Positions 20,880 to 32,300 of a stretch of 42,510 nucleotides of DNA are shown one piece after another (position 1 is the stretch's first letter; every line of letters starts with the position of its first letter). The stretch lies in contig LVLI01000006.1 of NCBI GenBank assembly GCA_001687465.1, positions 186,001 through 228,510 on the forward strand. Direction: 5' to 3'. The position numbers and the translations under genes are program-made. The DNA comes from Halocafeteria seosinensis. Lineage: Eukaryota. Under the pieces are notes generated by a model. The model was given only the letters and a program-made list of their open reading frames with translations, was not told the DNA's origin and did no database searches.

Positions 20880-23778
20880 TCAGGTGGATGCATTCTCGTC
20901 GCTCCATTCAAAAAGCAATAGGTCTATACTTGCTGCCACATATGCAAGCTGTTCAATATGCGCCTCATTATTGTGTCTGGGTCTCCCTCGGCTGGACGAA
21001 GGACGTTCCGATTCCTGTAACTCCTGCTGGTTTTGCTGGCTCTGGTTCGCTCGCTCAGCCTCTTGGGCTTTTGCTTGTAACGCCTCAATCATACGCTGAA
21101 CTGCGGCAGTCGGTTGGTACTGAACATTTGACGTAGCCATGTCTAAGAAAGGTCCAATTAAGCGCTCAATGTTGTCTGGCATCGGTGTCGTCATTGTGCG
21201 CCGTAACACTTCGATTAATGACGCCATTGTGCCGTATCCCGAAAGTGATGTAGGCAATGACGCAAGCGACCGAAGGTAACGCCCAATACGCGGCTCCGTT
21301 TGAGGAGCTTCTAAAATCTGGTTTGAAAGATACGCACGAAGATCGTGGCTCGTAGGCTTATTCGGATCAGCGCATGCGGCTTTGAAATTCGATATCCATT
21401 TGCTCACTGGAGGTGTATATGGAGCTGGATACAAACAGGCCACAATCTTGGACAAGTCACACGTGTCAACACGTAACCCCTGGTTTTCCAGCCGCTCCAT
21501 GCACTGCACGTAATACTTCCAGGCACACTCTTCTATCTTGCCGCTGAAGGAATGCAAGAGCAACTGGATATACGGTGTCGGGTTCGCTAGTGACAGCTCA
21601 TAGAGTAGACTATAAGCCACGGAATCTGAAGCTTCCTTCAGAATATACCTGTCGAGTAGGTATTCGTACAGAAAATCACCCAAAACTATATTCGTCACGT
21701 CGATGCGACGAGTGGATTTCGCTGTCCCAGAATCCTTGAGCAACGCTGACCAAACCTGCGTCCGATGTCTTAAGTCAAATTCGCGCTTTTCGATGGACAA
21801 CTTCCTATACATCGTCTCCCCCAAAATTAAACAAGCGACCTCAAGCCCTAGTCGACGCTGGCGCAGTGGAACGCGGCAAGCATTTTGTTGGAATTTGTTC
21901 CATATCAGCTTCGTTGTCAGTTTCATTTCCAGCTCCTCAGGTTTATTTTGAAAGCGTTTCATATCTCTCACGACACGTTCCGGAACGGACCGAATAGCCT
22001 TAGAATCCTCTGCACTGACATAGAATCCTAGTCCATCATCATGATACATGATTCTGCCATTTTGCGAAAGCGCTTGATCCTGGGTCTGAGAGGACTGAAA
22101 CCATGGACGCGTGTAGTGCAATTTGGAGGATTCTTTCTTGCCCTGGCTCCTTCCCTTTCTCGAAAACAAAGGATCCATTTCCTCCAAGGAATACCCACTC
22201 TCGGGGCAACTAAATATGTAAGTACTTCGTAACTCCAGCAATAGCTCTTCGTATTCGGTTGCGAAATTCTGTCTTTCCCATTCTGTCCGTTGATACAAGG
22301 GCTTTTGGTTGGTTCGGTCGTACTCGTCAAGCAGGTCATTGAGTGATTGCTGAAGGTCAGACACCATTACGGACGCCACACCAGTGTTTTGTACTTCTTC
22401 GTTCAATTCTTTCAATCTTTCTCCGTCCTGGTTGCTTTCTCTGACTGTCGTACGGTCAAAAGTTTCAGTTTCATCCTCGTGCGTGTGCTTTCGTGAATCC
22501 GGAAATCTCCCCCTCACATCCTTTGACAATACTAAGTAACTCTCTTTCATGCGGCGCTTATATTCTGTAAGGGAAAAGCGGTTAGCAGTCCTATGACTTT
22601 GCCCCTTAATATTTCTCAAGACATCCTGCGGTACAGCGTCTCTGCTAGTGTTGCGGAAACACGGCAACGATTCTCCAGAACTGTACATACCACCTCTCTA
22701 TAGAGTTCGGCCAAAGAGCTCCGCAACTTCGACACTTGTTTCTGCAATTAGGCAAAGTAAGTTTTAGACAAATCCAATAGTGAGAGAAAGGGAGATCATG
22801 GTACCACCTACCTCTAGCTCCATATTTTTCCGAATTAAATTATCATGGGCCGCAGAATTATCTGATCTTCTATCTCTACCCTGCTGCCGTTGTCCACTAT
22901 TCTCGCCTGCATTAGCATGGAGAGAAAAACTTCGCACTACCCCTACTGCCTCACAGAGACGTACTGCCCGAACCTTTGTCTTCTCGTAATTGAACGAGCT
23001 GTTCCTCCAGATAATCGATTTTGTCCAGAGTTTGAATCAGTTTACTCTCCCTATCTTCTTTAGAGGTTTTCGTTTCACTAAGCTCTCGAGAGAGTGACTG
23101 TAACTTTTGTTGCATGCCTAAGGAGAGAGATCCAAATGATTGCGCTAAACAAAGATATGGTACTCCGTATTTTTGATTGGAGGATCGACTTGTCGCTGCT
23201 GCTTCGGTTGACACTTTCTTGTCGGCAGCGGACCCTTTCGTTTCTCGTAGCCGATCTTTGTTGACCACTGTGCTGGGGATGTTTGATACGACCAATTTGT
23301 AGAATATGTCACAAAACTGATTCAAAATTTGCGGATAATGTGACTTATGCTGAATGAACCATCTGAAGTAGTGAAAAACCATTGCCACAGTTGGAGTTAA
23401 CTCCGTATCGTCTAGAATTTTGCCCGCAAGAGATTCCACAGTATCTGGCGTCTGTTCGACGGTGTGGGCATTCCTGTGTTCCTCTTCACTGTGAGAGGAA
23501 AAGCTCTCTTCGTCTTCGTCATCATTCCCTTCATCCGCATCCATTTCATCCTCTGGCGTTTCCGAAAACATTCGATCCACCAGTTCCGTCGCAGGGGTCG
23601 AGCTTTGCGTACCCATCAACCAGTCCACAGACACAGCTAGCTCGTGCAATGCCACCGTCAGGGAGGCTTGTCCATCCTCTTGAGCGCTGTGTGCACGGGG
23701 GTGTGGGGGACGCTGTGTAGACCCGCGGGAACGAGCGTTTAACGCTTTTGTCGCAAGCCGTTGACCCCGACTGCTCAT
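20880..23778 (-). CDS. Uncharacterised coiled-coil protein, 4 exons, ~901 aa; weak resemblance to TSNAXIP1-like proteins
   Basis: Exons 23778-22965, 22906-22812, 22741-22691 and 22625-20880 join two long ORFs in frame through GT-AG introns. The family guess rests only on remembered similarity of FRWFIQHKSHYPQIL and DFLYEYLLDRY...AYSLLYEL...SGKIEE. Confidence 0.7.
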
Positions 23779-24340
23779 GTTGCTAGTTAGCCCTTAAATT
23801 ACAACACCTTCAAAAGAAACATACGCATGGAAATAAGTGGCAATACTTCTGGAACTACAGTACTGGGACTGATAATTGGGCGAAACACGAGCTCTTGGCT
23901 TATTCCTAAGCTGCTTGGTCGCAGCGACAACTTCAAGGTTGTGGCCGTGAATTGCTGGTGGATTTTCAAATCCCAAGTCTTAAACTTGAGCAATACTGAA
24001 GGAACCCCAATACGTTTTGTCTTCTTTGAGTAGCAGAGTAGACCAAATAGAATACATAGAAGTTACAACTTGTAAGCGAAGTTGGCAACCAACGATTCCT
24101 CAAGCACCACTTGCTCTCTCGGTTCATCGGTGAACTCATGCATGGTTCGGTTAAGAATTGATTAGGTTACACCTCGATGTTGGTCACATATGTAAACGGG
24201 TTGGATGAGGGGAAGACTTGTCCGTTCCAAATTTTGATCAGGGAACTGTTTGTCTAAGATTCAGGAATTAGTACAACGTTGTACAACTTGTACAATACGT
24301 TGATACAGTACATATGTGCGTTTATATACGCTTGATCTGC

Positions 24341-26404
24341 TTAAGAAAGGTACCGCATGTGCAATTGTGGGGTACGGATCACATTCAGTTGATATTCACT
24401 CATGAGCGGAACAACGAAGCGCAATGTTGAGACAGTTATGTGCCTAACCACCATATGATCGAGTATACAATCCTTAAGCGTGGTATGTAATCTTCCGTCC
24501 TCCCGTTGTTCTTCATCGATTAGTCTGTCCCCGTGAACTGCGAAGTGCTTAGTAACTGTAGAAATAACAGTGCCATCGAAAATTGATATCACAGAGTAGA
24601 TGAGGTTGATTAGGTACGCATGGGAGAAGAAAAAGAGAAACTGAAGTTGCCACCCCTATGGTACAACCTCCAACCGCTGACGAAGTAACAGGAGTAGAGC
24701 TCGTTGCAAAATGAATTCACGTTTATTGTGGGGGGAGTTGGAGTCCCGTTCCTTCTCTATTCTGGCACTTTATGTAGGACGAATGGAGTCCTTTGTAAAT
24801 CGCCGGAGCGGCTATGCCGTATACCGGTAGTCCAAACACAAGTGCCAAGGGGGAGGCAAGAACGGGAGCGGTTTCCGCTCAGGGATTGTAAACGCCCTCG
24901 TTTCTCCAATGTTACTTGCGTCGAACTGCTTCTGGGCGAAGGTCACGTATAGCAGTCCATTGTAGCCTTGGTGGTAACTCGAGTTTACGTACAGGAGGTT
25001 ATGCGACGCAAGTTTCATACCCAGCTCACGTCCGTAGCACTTTTTCAGACCGAGCTGCATAGCCCCGTCTAACGAAGTACATACATTTTGGATCCATCTA
25101 TTTTTTTGGGCACACGTGCAAATATCGGGCGAGTGGGAGATGGTGTATCGTTCGTTTGCTCGCTCAACGTACAAGAAGCTGACTAGATGTATGTGGTACT
25201 TTGATAACCAATTACATTAGCAAAGGGCTACAATAGGGTGTACAGGTACATGTAGAAGGGAATGCAGGTTGACGTAGTTGATAAGCGGAAGAATCCCCCC
25301 GGTCCCCCATTCTCAAGTAGCAAAGGTCCTCGCTGGTACATACATCCCGAATTACCGATGGACGAATTTTGCCATATTTCGAGTCAAAACGCTGTAAGTC
25401 AACTCCTGATCGCACCTTGCTTTAACTGCAGCCTCTCGTTGTACTCAAACGTAGCACGTAGACTAAATGGGTAATCCAATGGTACTCCTTATGAGACCAG
25501 CCAGATTCCGGGGGATAGGGCCTGAAGAGGCCGTCTTTCACAGAGCGGAGATAGGTTCCTAGGTGTTCAGAATAGTCCGATTCCCTGTGCCAGGAGCAAA
25601 TTCGTCTATGGCCTCCTCTCTCTTTTTGTCTGGCTCATCACTGACACCACCGAGGATCCAATGCACCATCATGGAGTAGCCGAAGTGTGCTACGGTCACA
25701 ACACAAAGTGTAATAAATCCCCGACCGAAACCAACATCAGATGCCTGGACTAATCTTGAATCTTGGGTAAATGTGTAGAAGTAGACAATCGTATTGGGAT
25801 CCTTGGCAACATTGCAAAGAATTATTATGCAAAATATCAAAAGAAGGGCTGCACCACGCAGACCCAACGCTTGTTATCGGTAGTCCACGAACGGCGGCTT
25901 AATGTCGGATATAGCACCATGCTAACAGTCGCGACTTACTTGTGATGGCACCTACTATATCAGTATATCCGGCGGTTCCGATCCTCCTAAGCCAAGTGCG
26001 CCACCTAAGAGGGAGTTCGCACATTCTCGCCACGTATCGAAGAAGAAGGGCGAGCCACACGCAGGCCCAAACACACTGAATTGCGATCAAACAATTTCCG
26101 AAGGCGTTAAGCTTGTTTGCCAAATACGAAAACCCAGGGTTTTGGTTCTGTAGGGAGAAAATGAAGTTAAATGGTATTCCCAGACCGTTGATGACGAAAG
26201 CGTTCCAGCCAGAAAGCATGAACCCTGTCGCAATGGCTGCATCCACGAGGCCACACACTACTGCAAACCAAACCAAACCACACCGCATACTATTAACCAC
26301 AATGTAGCAGTTGGTTGCCTGAGTTGCGAAGCTACGCTGCCTGCTGCTGACTGGGTATGTGGGGATTGGTCCTGAGGATTCCCTACAATATCCGGGGGAC
26401 TCAT
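24341..26404 (-). pseudogene. Frameshifted, degenerate paralog of the adjacent membrane-protein gene (26941-29326)
   Basis: ATG at 26404 (MSPPDIVG...). Collinear peptide matches to the neighbour are spread across several frames with stops. A likely intron (GTAAGT near 25940) precedes LGLRGA. The 3' limit is uncertain. Confidence 0.6.
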
Positions 26405-26940
26405 AAGAAATGTCATTCAATGAGGAATGAACAAGACGTACTAATTATGCGTGCGCTAAGCTCCTGCGCTTCGGTCATCGTGTCGTGGTCTTGACAAGAA
26501 AGGATCAAACGTCGTCGAACCAGCACCAGTCACGATCCTAAGCTGATTCTCGGGGCAGCGGCACCTTAATTGTATTCTTTTTTTTCACGCCGCCCCAACC
26601 ACGCCGTAGTAAAGCAGCATTTTAATGTATTCATAACACGGTGTATCACACCGGGTGTAATCACGATCGAATACCACGGCGTGAACCACAGTGTTCAACC
26701 ACTGTAACTGTGAAGTGTCGAAGTCGCACACAGGATCGCAGATGGTGACGATTAGACACTTGCTGTTTTATCCTATGTTTCTCGATTTTTTTATTTTTTT
26801 TTATTGAAGTGTTTTGAAAGAACAGTTTGCATGCGCACATGTGAGTCCACTGGTATCGTGGACCGTCTGTCAAGGCACTGAGGCTGCGTCCCCTGCTGAA
26901 TCCTTTGTACTTACTTGCCTTTATAGACAGAACAGCGGTC

Positions 26941-29326
26941 ATGGAGACAGATACGAAGGAGTTTCCCCTTTCCATGAACGACGATGGCTCCAATGTGGCC
27001 GCCTCTTTGCTCGATAAAGAGGCCGCCGATTCCGAAGAAGAAAACCCCAAGGGCAGTGAGGAGCAGCGGGAGGACAGTTCCGGTAGCTGTTGGAGCAACA
27101 CAAGATCCAAGATGTCGCGTTGTTGGGACTGTGTTACAGAATTTTGTAGTAGATGGGCTCCTTATTGGCACGTTGTCCAGAGGGCAATCCTGCCCTTGCT
27201 GTTTGTGGCTTACTACGCCACGTTGCTCAGCAGGGCAAAAACTGTAACCGGGATCTTCGCCCTGTTGTTAAATGCACTAGAACTGGTAATTAGTGCAGTC
27301 TGCTTAGTGCTTGTCTTTAGTGGGGAGATAGGAGGAACCCCGTACCAGCGATTGCAATCGTATAACAATTTTTTTAATCGGGTACGTCTTGCCTCGAAAT
27401 GGCTGAGAAGTTAGCGTCTGCATCTGAGATCCCCTCCGCATTACAGCATTCTGGGTTACGTATAGCAATTTTTCTCAAGACGGTATTTTCGCTGCTAGTA
27501 TCGGCAATTACGGTAGCTCCAACACACAAAGAAGCGCCTCTCTCTTACAATATCGGATGGAAAGGGCAAATTCAGCTGCATGGACTGTTTTACGCTCAAT
27601 TATTGTGGGTTCTACTTTCTGAGGTATGTTTGAGTTAAGGATTTTTCTGGCTTCCGTGCCATTACAGTGCTGAAAGAGTAAATGAACCTTGACCTTTAAC
27701 ATTCGTGTCATGCAGAGTGCTGAAATTATGAGTGGAGAAGTTTCTTTGTCAACTTTTGGCATCATGTCCTCAAATGACTACCACGACTATCCCTTCCTTG
27801 AGAAAGGGACGTTCCAGAATAAAGTAGTATCAAAAATATCCCCCGTGGGCATACTGGTGGCAATGTGTTCATCCCTTATGCTCCTTCCTCATGTCCAGTT
27901 GGAATATGAACTGGCCCGATCTTCAGCTCAAGGTGTATATCCGGCGATGCTGGGGGTGAATCTTGAATTTTCATTCGGAAAATTCTCCGAGAATGATCTT
28001 ACACAGAGCTATCGAACGTTGCAGCTCAGGAACATTAAACTAACTAGCCATCTTCAGAGTCATGGCGAGGTAAGGATAAGTTCAAATCTGTCCTCAGCCG
28101 ACGATGTCTTGCTTCTTGACTTCACCGACCCAGTAGAAAAGAGCAAGAATAATAGCGTTGTTCCCCTTATTTCCGGAAAGAGTGCAGATTCTGCTAGTAT
28201 TTTCGCAAGTTTCCCTGAACTTGGGAACTATTGTCCCGTATTTTGTCCTACGTTCATTTCCAAAGCTTTGTTAAACCTAGAGAACCGCACGTTCACGCAA
28301 AACTATAAGAAACTATCTACTGTCGGCCTGTTTTCGCTCCAGCGGACAGACTCGAAGAGCCCGTGCGGATACCGAGAAGCGAACTGCAGGTCAATTTTGA
28401 GAGAACCGGAGCAGGTATTTGCATCCTTCAATTATGCACCCCTTTTTAGATACGAACGCATTACTGGTCAGTCACCCTTCATTGAAAAGGCCAAGCTTAG
28501 TGGAATGATGACCTTAATGCAGGAAAAAATGTATTCCACCATGAGATACACTACACTCACTTACGGAAAAGGTGTCAACAAAACACTGGGAGGAACATTT
28601 ATATTAAACGGAGCAACCAGCAGTCAACTCACGTTGTCATCGACTGCAGCGAGCAATTTTGGGTTTTTTCTTGTAGCGATATGCTTCTTCGCCCTTCTGC
28701 ACTCGCTCAGCATATGTTATACAGCTACCAAAACCAAAGAGGGAAAGGAACGTCCGAAAGAGGAGGAACAATACGAGGAATACGGTTTAGGTTTTGTAGT
28801 ATTTGTATTGTCCCCATTTGAAATCCGGCAGCTATTCGAAAGGACGTTTTTTCTGCCAATGGAGTTCGTTATGTTGGTGCGTAACAAAACGATGATGGCA
28901 AGGGCCTTGAAAGGAGTTATCTTTGCTCTATGGATGATGTTGGGAGGTTTTCTGACGTTCTACGGATTGGAGGGCTTCTTCCAATACTCCGATTTCGCGA
29001 AATTTGTTCATGATTCCGAAGTTGGATATTCAACAAATCTAGGATACTCGAGGAACTTTTTCGCCACAGCTTCCGTCTGCAACGGAATTTATGGATGCCG
29101 GTACATTACATACTTCTTTATGTTACTGGCAATAGCGACACTACTGGCTTTCTTCTGCGCCGTAATGCTCCCTATCACGATGCACCTACTCTCTATCGCC
29201 GCGGCTACCATTGGGAAATGTTGCGGCAATACGGCTGCATGGTACAGTCAAACTGACCCCCGCGGATGCCTGCGCAGATGGGGGGATTGGATCAATTCGA
29301 GCTATGCGGCTGACGATGCCAGGTAG
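26941..29326 (+). CDS. Unrecognised multi-pass membrane protein with a large Cys-containing, N-X-S/T-rich loop, 3 exons
   Basis: Exons 26941-27381, 27447-27623 and 27716-29326 with GT-AG phase-0 introns. Several hydrophobic segments flank a hydrophilic region carrying NLS, NNS, NRT and NKT sequons. No family recognised. Confidence 0.75.
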
Positions 29327-29367
29327 CCTGCGCTTCGGTCCAATTCCTCGAATGAACTAGACGGATA

Positions 29368-32300
29368 TCAGTTGCCTCTACATGAGCAGTATACTCCAAG
29401 GAGCCAATGTCCTCCACCTTTCAACATCGTAACATCGTAATCTTGCTGAGTATGCACCCTGTTGGTGCATTCTATGTACGCAGCAAGGGGAATCGCCAGG
29501 GTGAATAAATAACTGGGAGCCGCCTGAACTAGCATGTAGTAAAATAATGGCCATAAATCATCAACATCAACCTTCTCTTCTAAGTGACATTCCGCTATGG
29601 ACTTCGTGTTTGAGAATGCCTCGCTGAGCAGCTGAATGTTGCCTTCCGGGTGCCGTGCAGGATGAAGCTGCCGCAACTTCGATAGCACTGCATCGTTTAG
29701 TTTTCCTTTCTCTGCATGTGCTGCTAGACTTCCACGCAAAGAAAACACTGAATCATGCGGAGACTTGTTTCTCAGTTTACGGCACATAGAGTGGACTAAT
29801 GAGTCCAGAGTGACGATAGAAGAGGTTGAGGGAAACTGCACACTCTCCAAGAACTCTTGGGAGTTATCATCCCCAATGGACCCTAGTCCCAACTGTTTAC
29901 AGATAATACCAACAGAATCAGTTACTACTTCCTCCACATTCTTTTGAAACGCCTCATAGAAGCGTCTTCCCAAAGAGCAATCATCATGCTTCACTTTCCA
30001 ATGTATTCGCAATAAAGGGGGTCCTTGCGAGAAGATGGACCGAGGAACTGCATGCTTCTCCAAAGAATTTGCCACCAAACTGGTATGATTGGGTCCGTAA
30101 GACGCAAAAATAGTTCGCTCGTTTGTGATAAGATAGACGAATAGCATAGGGAACAGTTCTTTGGGAACTGTAGTCAGCCAGAGCGGTTCCACATTGTGCA
30201 CCATCCCGATCTCAAGTTGTCCGAGCCAGTCCCCAGGGGGAGGGGTAGAAAAAATGATACGGTACAAGTGGAATTCATGAGGATAATCCTGGGCTTGTGA
30301 GTCCTCCTGAACGCTGGTGGCATCTTCCGAATCGTCGTCACCAACAGAGTTCTCCTCCTCTGTGTACATAGACGAAAGATTGGATCCCGTATGCCAACCA
30401 GCAGCGTCAAGCTGTCTCAAGGGTTGCTGAGTTTGGGAACTCGTGGAAACAGCCGCAAGAAACGACGAATGCTTGTAAGGTTCAAACGCATGCGAATTGT
30501 CACATTCAACACGCGCCCTTCTCCATGTGAGCTGCTTGTCACTCAGTTCGAAGACGACACGATTGCAAACAGCCTTTCCTACTTCGATATTCATGGAATG
30601 AATTTGATATATCCAATATACAAGAACATCTTCCGCTGAAGTTGGAAGTACCACCTGTGAGTTACCCCATCGAAATTTAGGAATGAAATTATCAACTAGG
30701 TTGGCCCACCAAACCCTTCTGTAGCGATCATATCCCAACGCAATAGCACCTTGAAGCAATTCCTGCACAAGAATAGTGCGATGAAACAGACTTAATGGTC
30801 GGCTAGCGGGAGAAAAGGAGTCGTAATTTTCGAGTACGTTGTTGTCAATATCGGCATTGCGCAACACTGAGGACGGCAGTTTCCATCTTGAGCTTACGGC
30901 ACGATTCGGGTGGGGGGGCAGATCCCGGTGAGAGAGTGAAACCAGGCTATCGCCTGTACTCGCCACGAAGTCCAGCGCCCCTGTGACAGGCTTAGCAGCA
31001 GCACTAACCACACCCCGGGCGACTCCTCTCAGTGCCCTCAGCGGTGAGCCCATCCTTGGCTCTCTCCACGGAGCTGTGACGATTCCCGTTACGCCTTCAA
31101 TAACACTCGATGACATTAGATATCCACCAAAAAGCAAGTTGGATCCAGCCGAGGAAAATCGACTCGACAAATCTTGGCTCGTCGACTTCTTGTATTGAAA
31201 CTGCTCAGCGGTTTCTCCCGAAGAGTTTGAACCTGCGTGCGGCATATTGAAGACAACCTCATCCAGTGTAGCACTTCCTAGAGGCTGGACAGTCCGCTTT
31301 CTAGCGTACGTCCCGACAGTCGGGTTGCCTTTTACAAAGTTCCATCCTACTGAAAGAAAATGCAGTTTTTTCTCTTCTTTATCTTTCTCCAGCCGAGACA
31401 ATGTAGAGCTAATATCTACAAATTCAGTGACGTTCCCGGTCTTTTTGTCATACAATGGAAGGATATGAATTGGTTGTTGTGCCGTGGTGCTCGCGGGGTC
31501 GCTTCTCAACCAGTCGAAAGAATCAGTACTATCTAAGCTGGTCAACTGTAGCCCGCGGTACGCAGACGAAAGTTTCCTTGTTTGCGACATTGATCGTTCG
31601 AAAATACCCCTAGGCCAACTGTTCCTCCTCATGAACTTTCTGCTACATACTTGAGGATCTAGAGCGGATTCAGCGCTCGGGTAGATTGACCCGTGCGATA
31701 GGCTCGAATTATTCCGAAGAGCACGGTTGCGATGAGTGATGTACTTCTCATCGAAGGACAGCATTGCTGTCCCCAGAGCTAAGCTTCGCGCGATGCCACT
31801 TGTAAAACGGCCGACGCCCGTGAGCGTCGATGAAAGAAGGCTAATACTTCCTTGAGTTAAGCCCCTACCAAGGTATAAAGGGTTCCGTGATACGTACGCT
31901 TGCTTGAACGGCTCTGTTAAGAACGCCAAAATGCCTTGACCTAATTCTTCTACGACAGAGGTTGGTCTCCCGAGGATATCTACATCGAAAAACACACGGT
32001 AGCATTGCTGTACAGCTTGTCTCATGCTATGGCGAACAAGGAGCTCAGTCGCAGCTTGGGGACTAAGCAAAGAATTTCTTATGATCAATCCATCAATAAC
32101 AATGCGTGAGCCGGATACAGAAGAGAGCGAGGCACCGAGAGCATGCAGTGTGATAGCAAAAGGGGATATGGCTCCTTTTACTACCTGTCCTCCTATGGAC
32201 CATGCTCCACCAAAGATGGTTGAGCTCAGAGACCTACTAGCCTCATTGGAAATGATAGAATCTAATAGCGTCTGGTCCGTCCCGTCAGAACTGTCCGGTA

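Noticed and set aside
24271..24300. Palindrome GTACAACGTTGTAC with repeated TTGTACAA
   Set aside because: An isolated low-complexity patch with no partner terminal repeat found.
26635..26658. Imperfect hairpin CGGTGT-ATC-ACACCG near the middle of the spacer of the second head-to-head pair
   Set aside because: A 6-bp stem is too short to call as the symmetry centre of such an old duplication.
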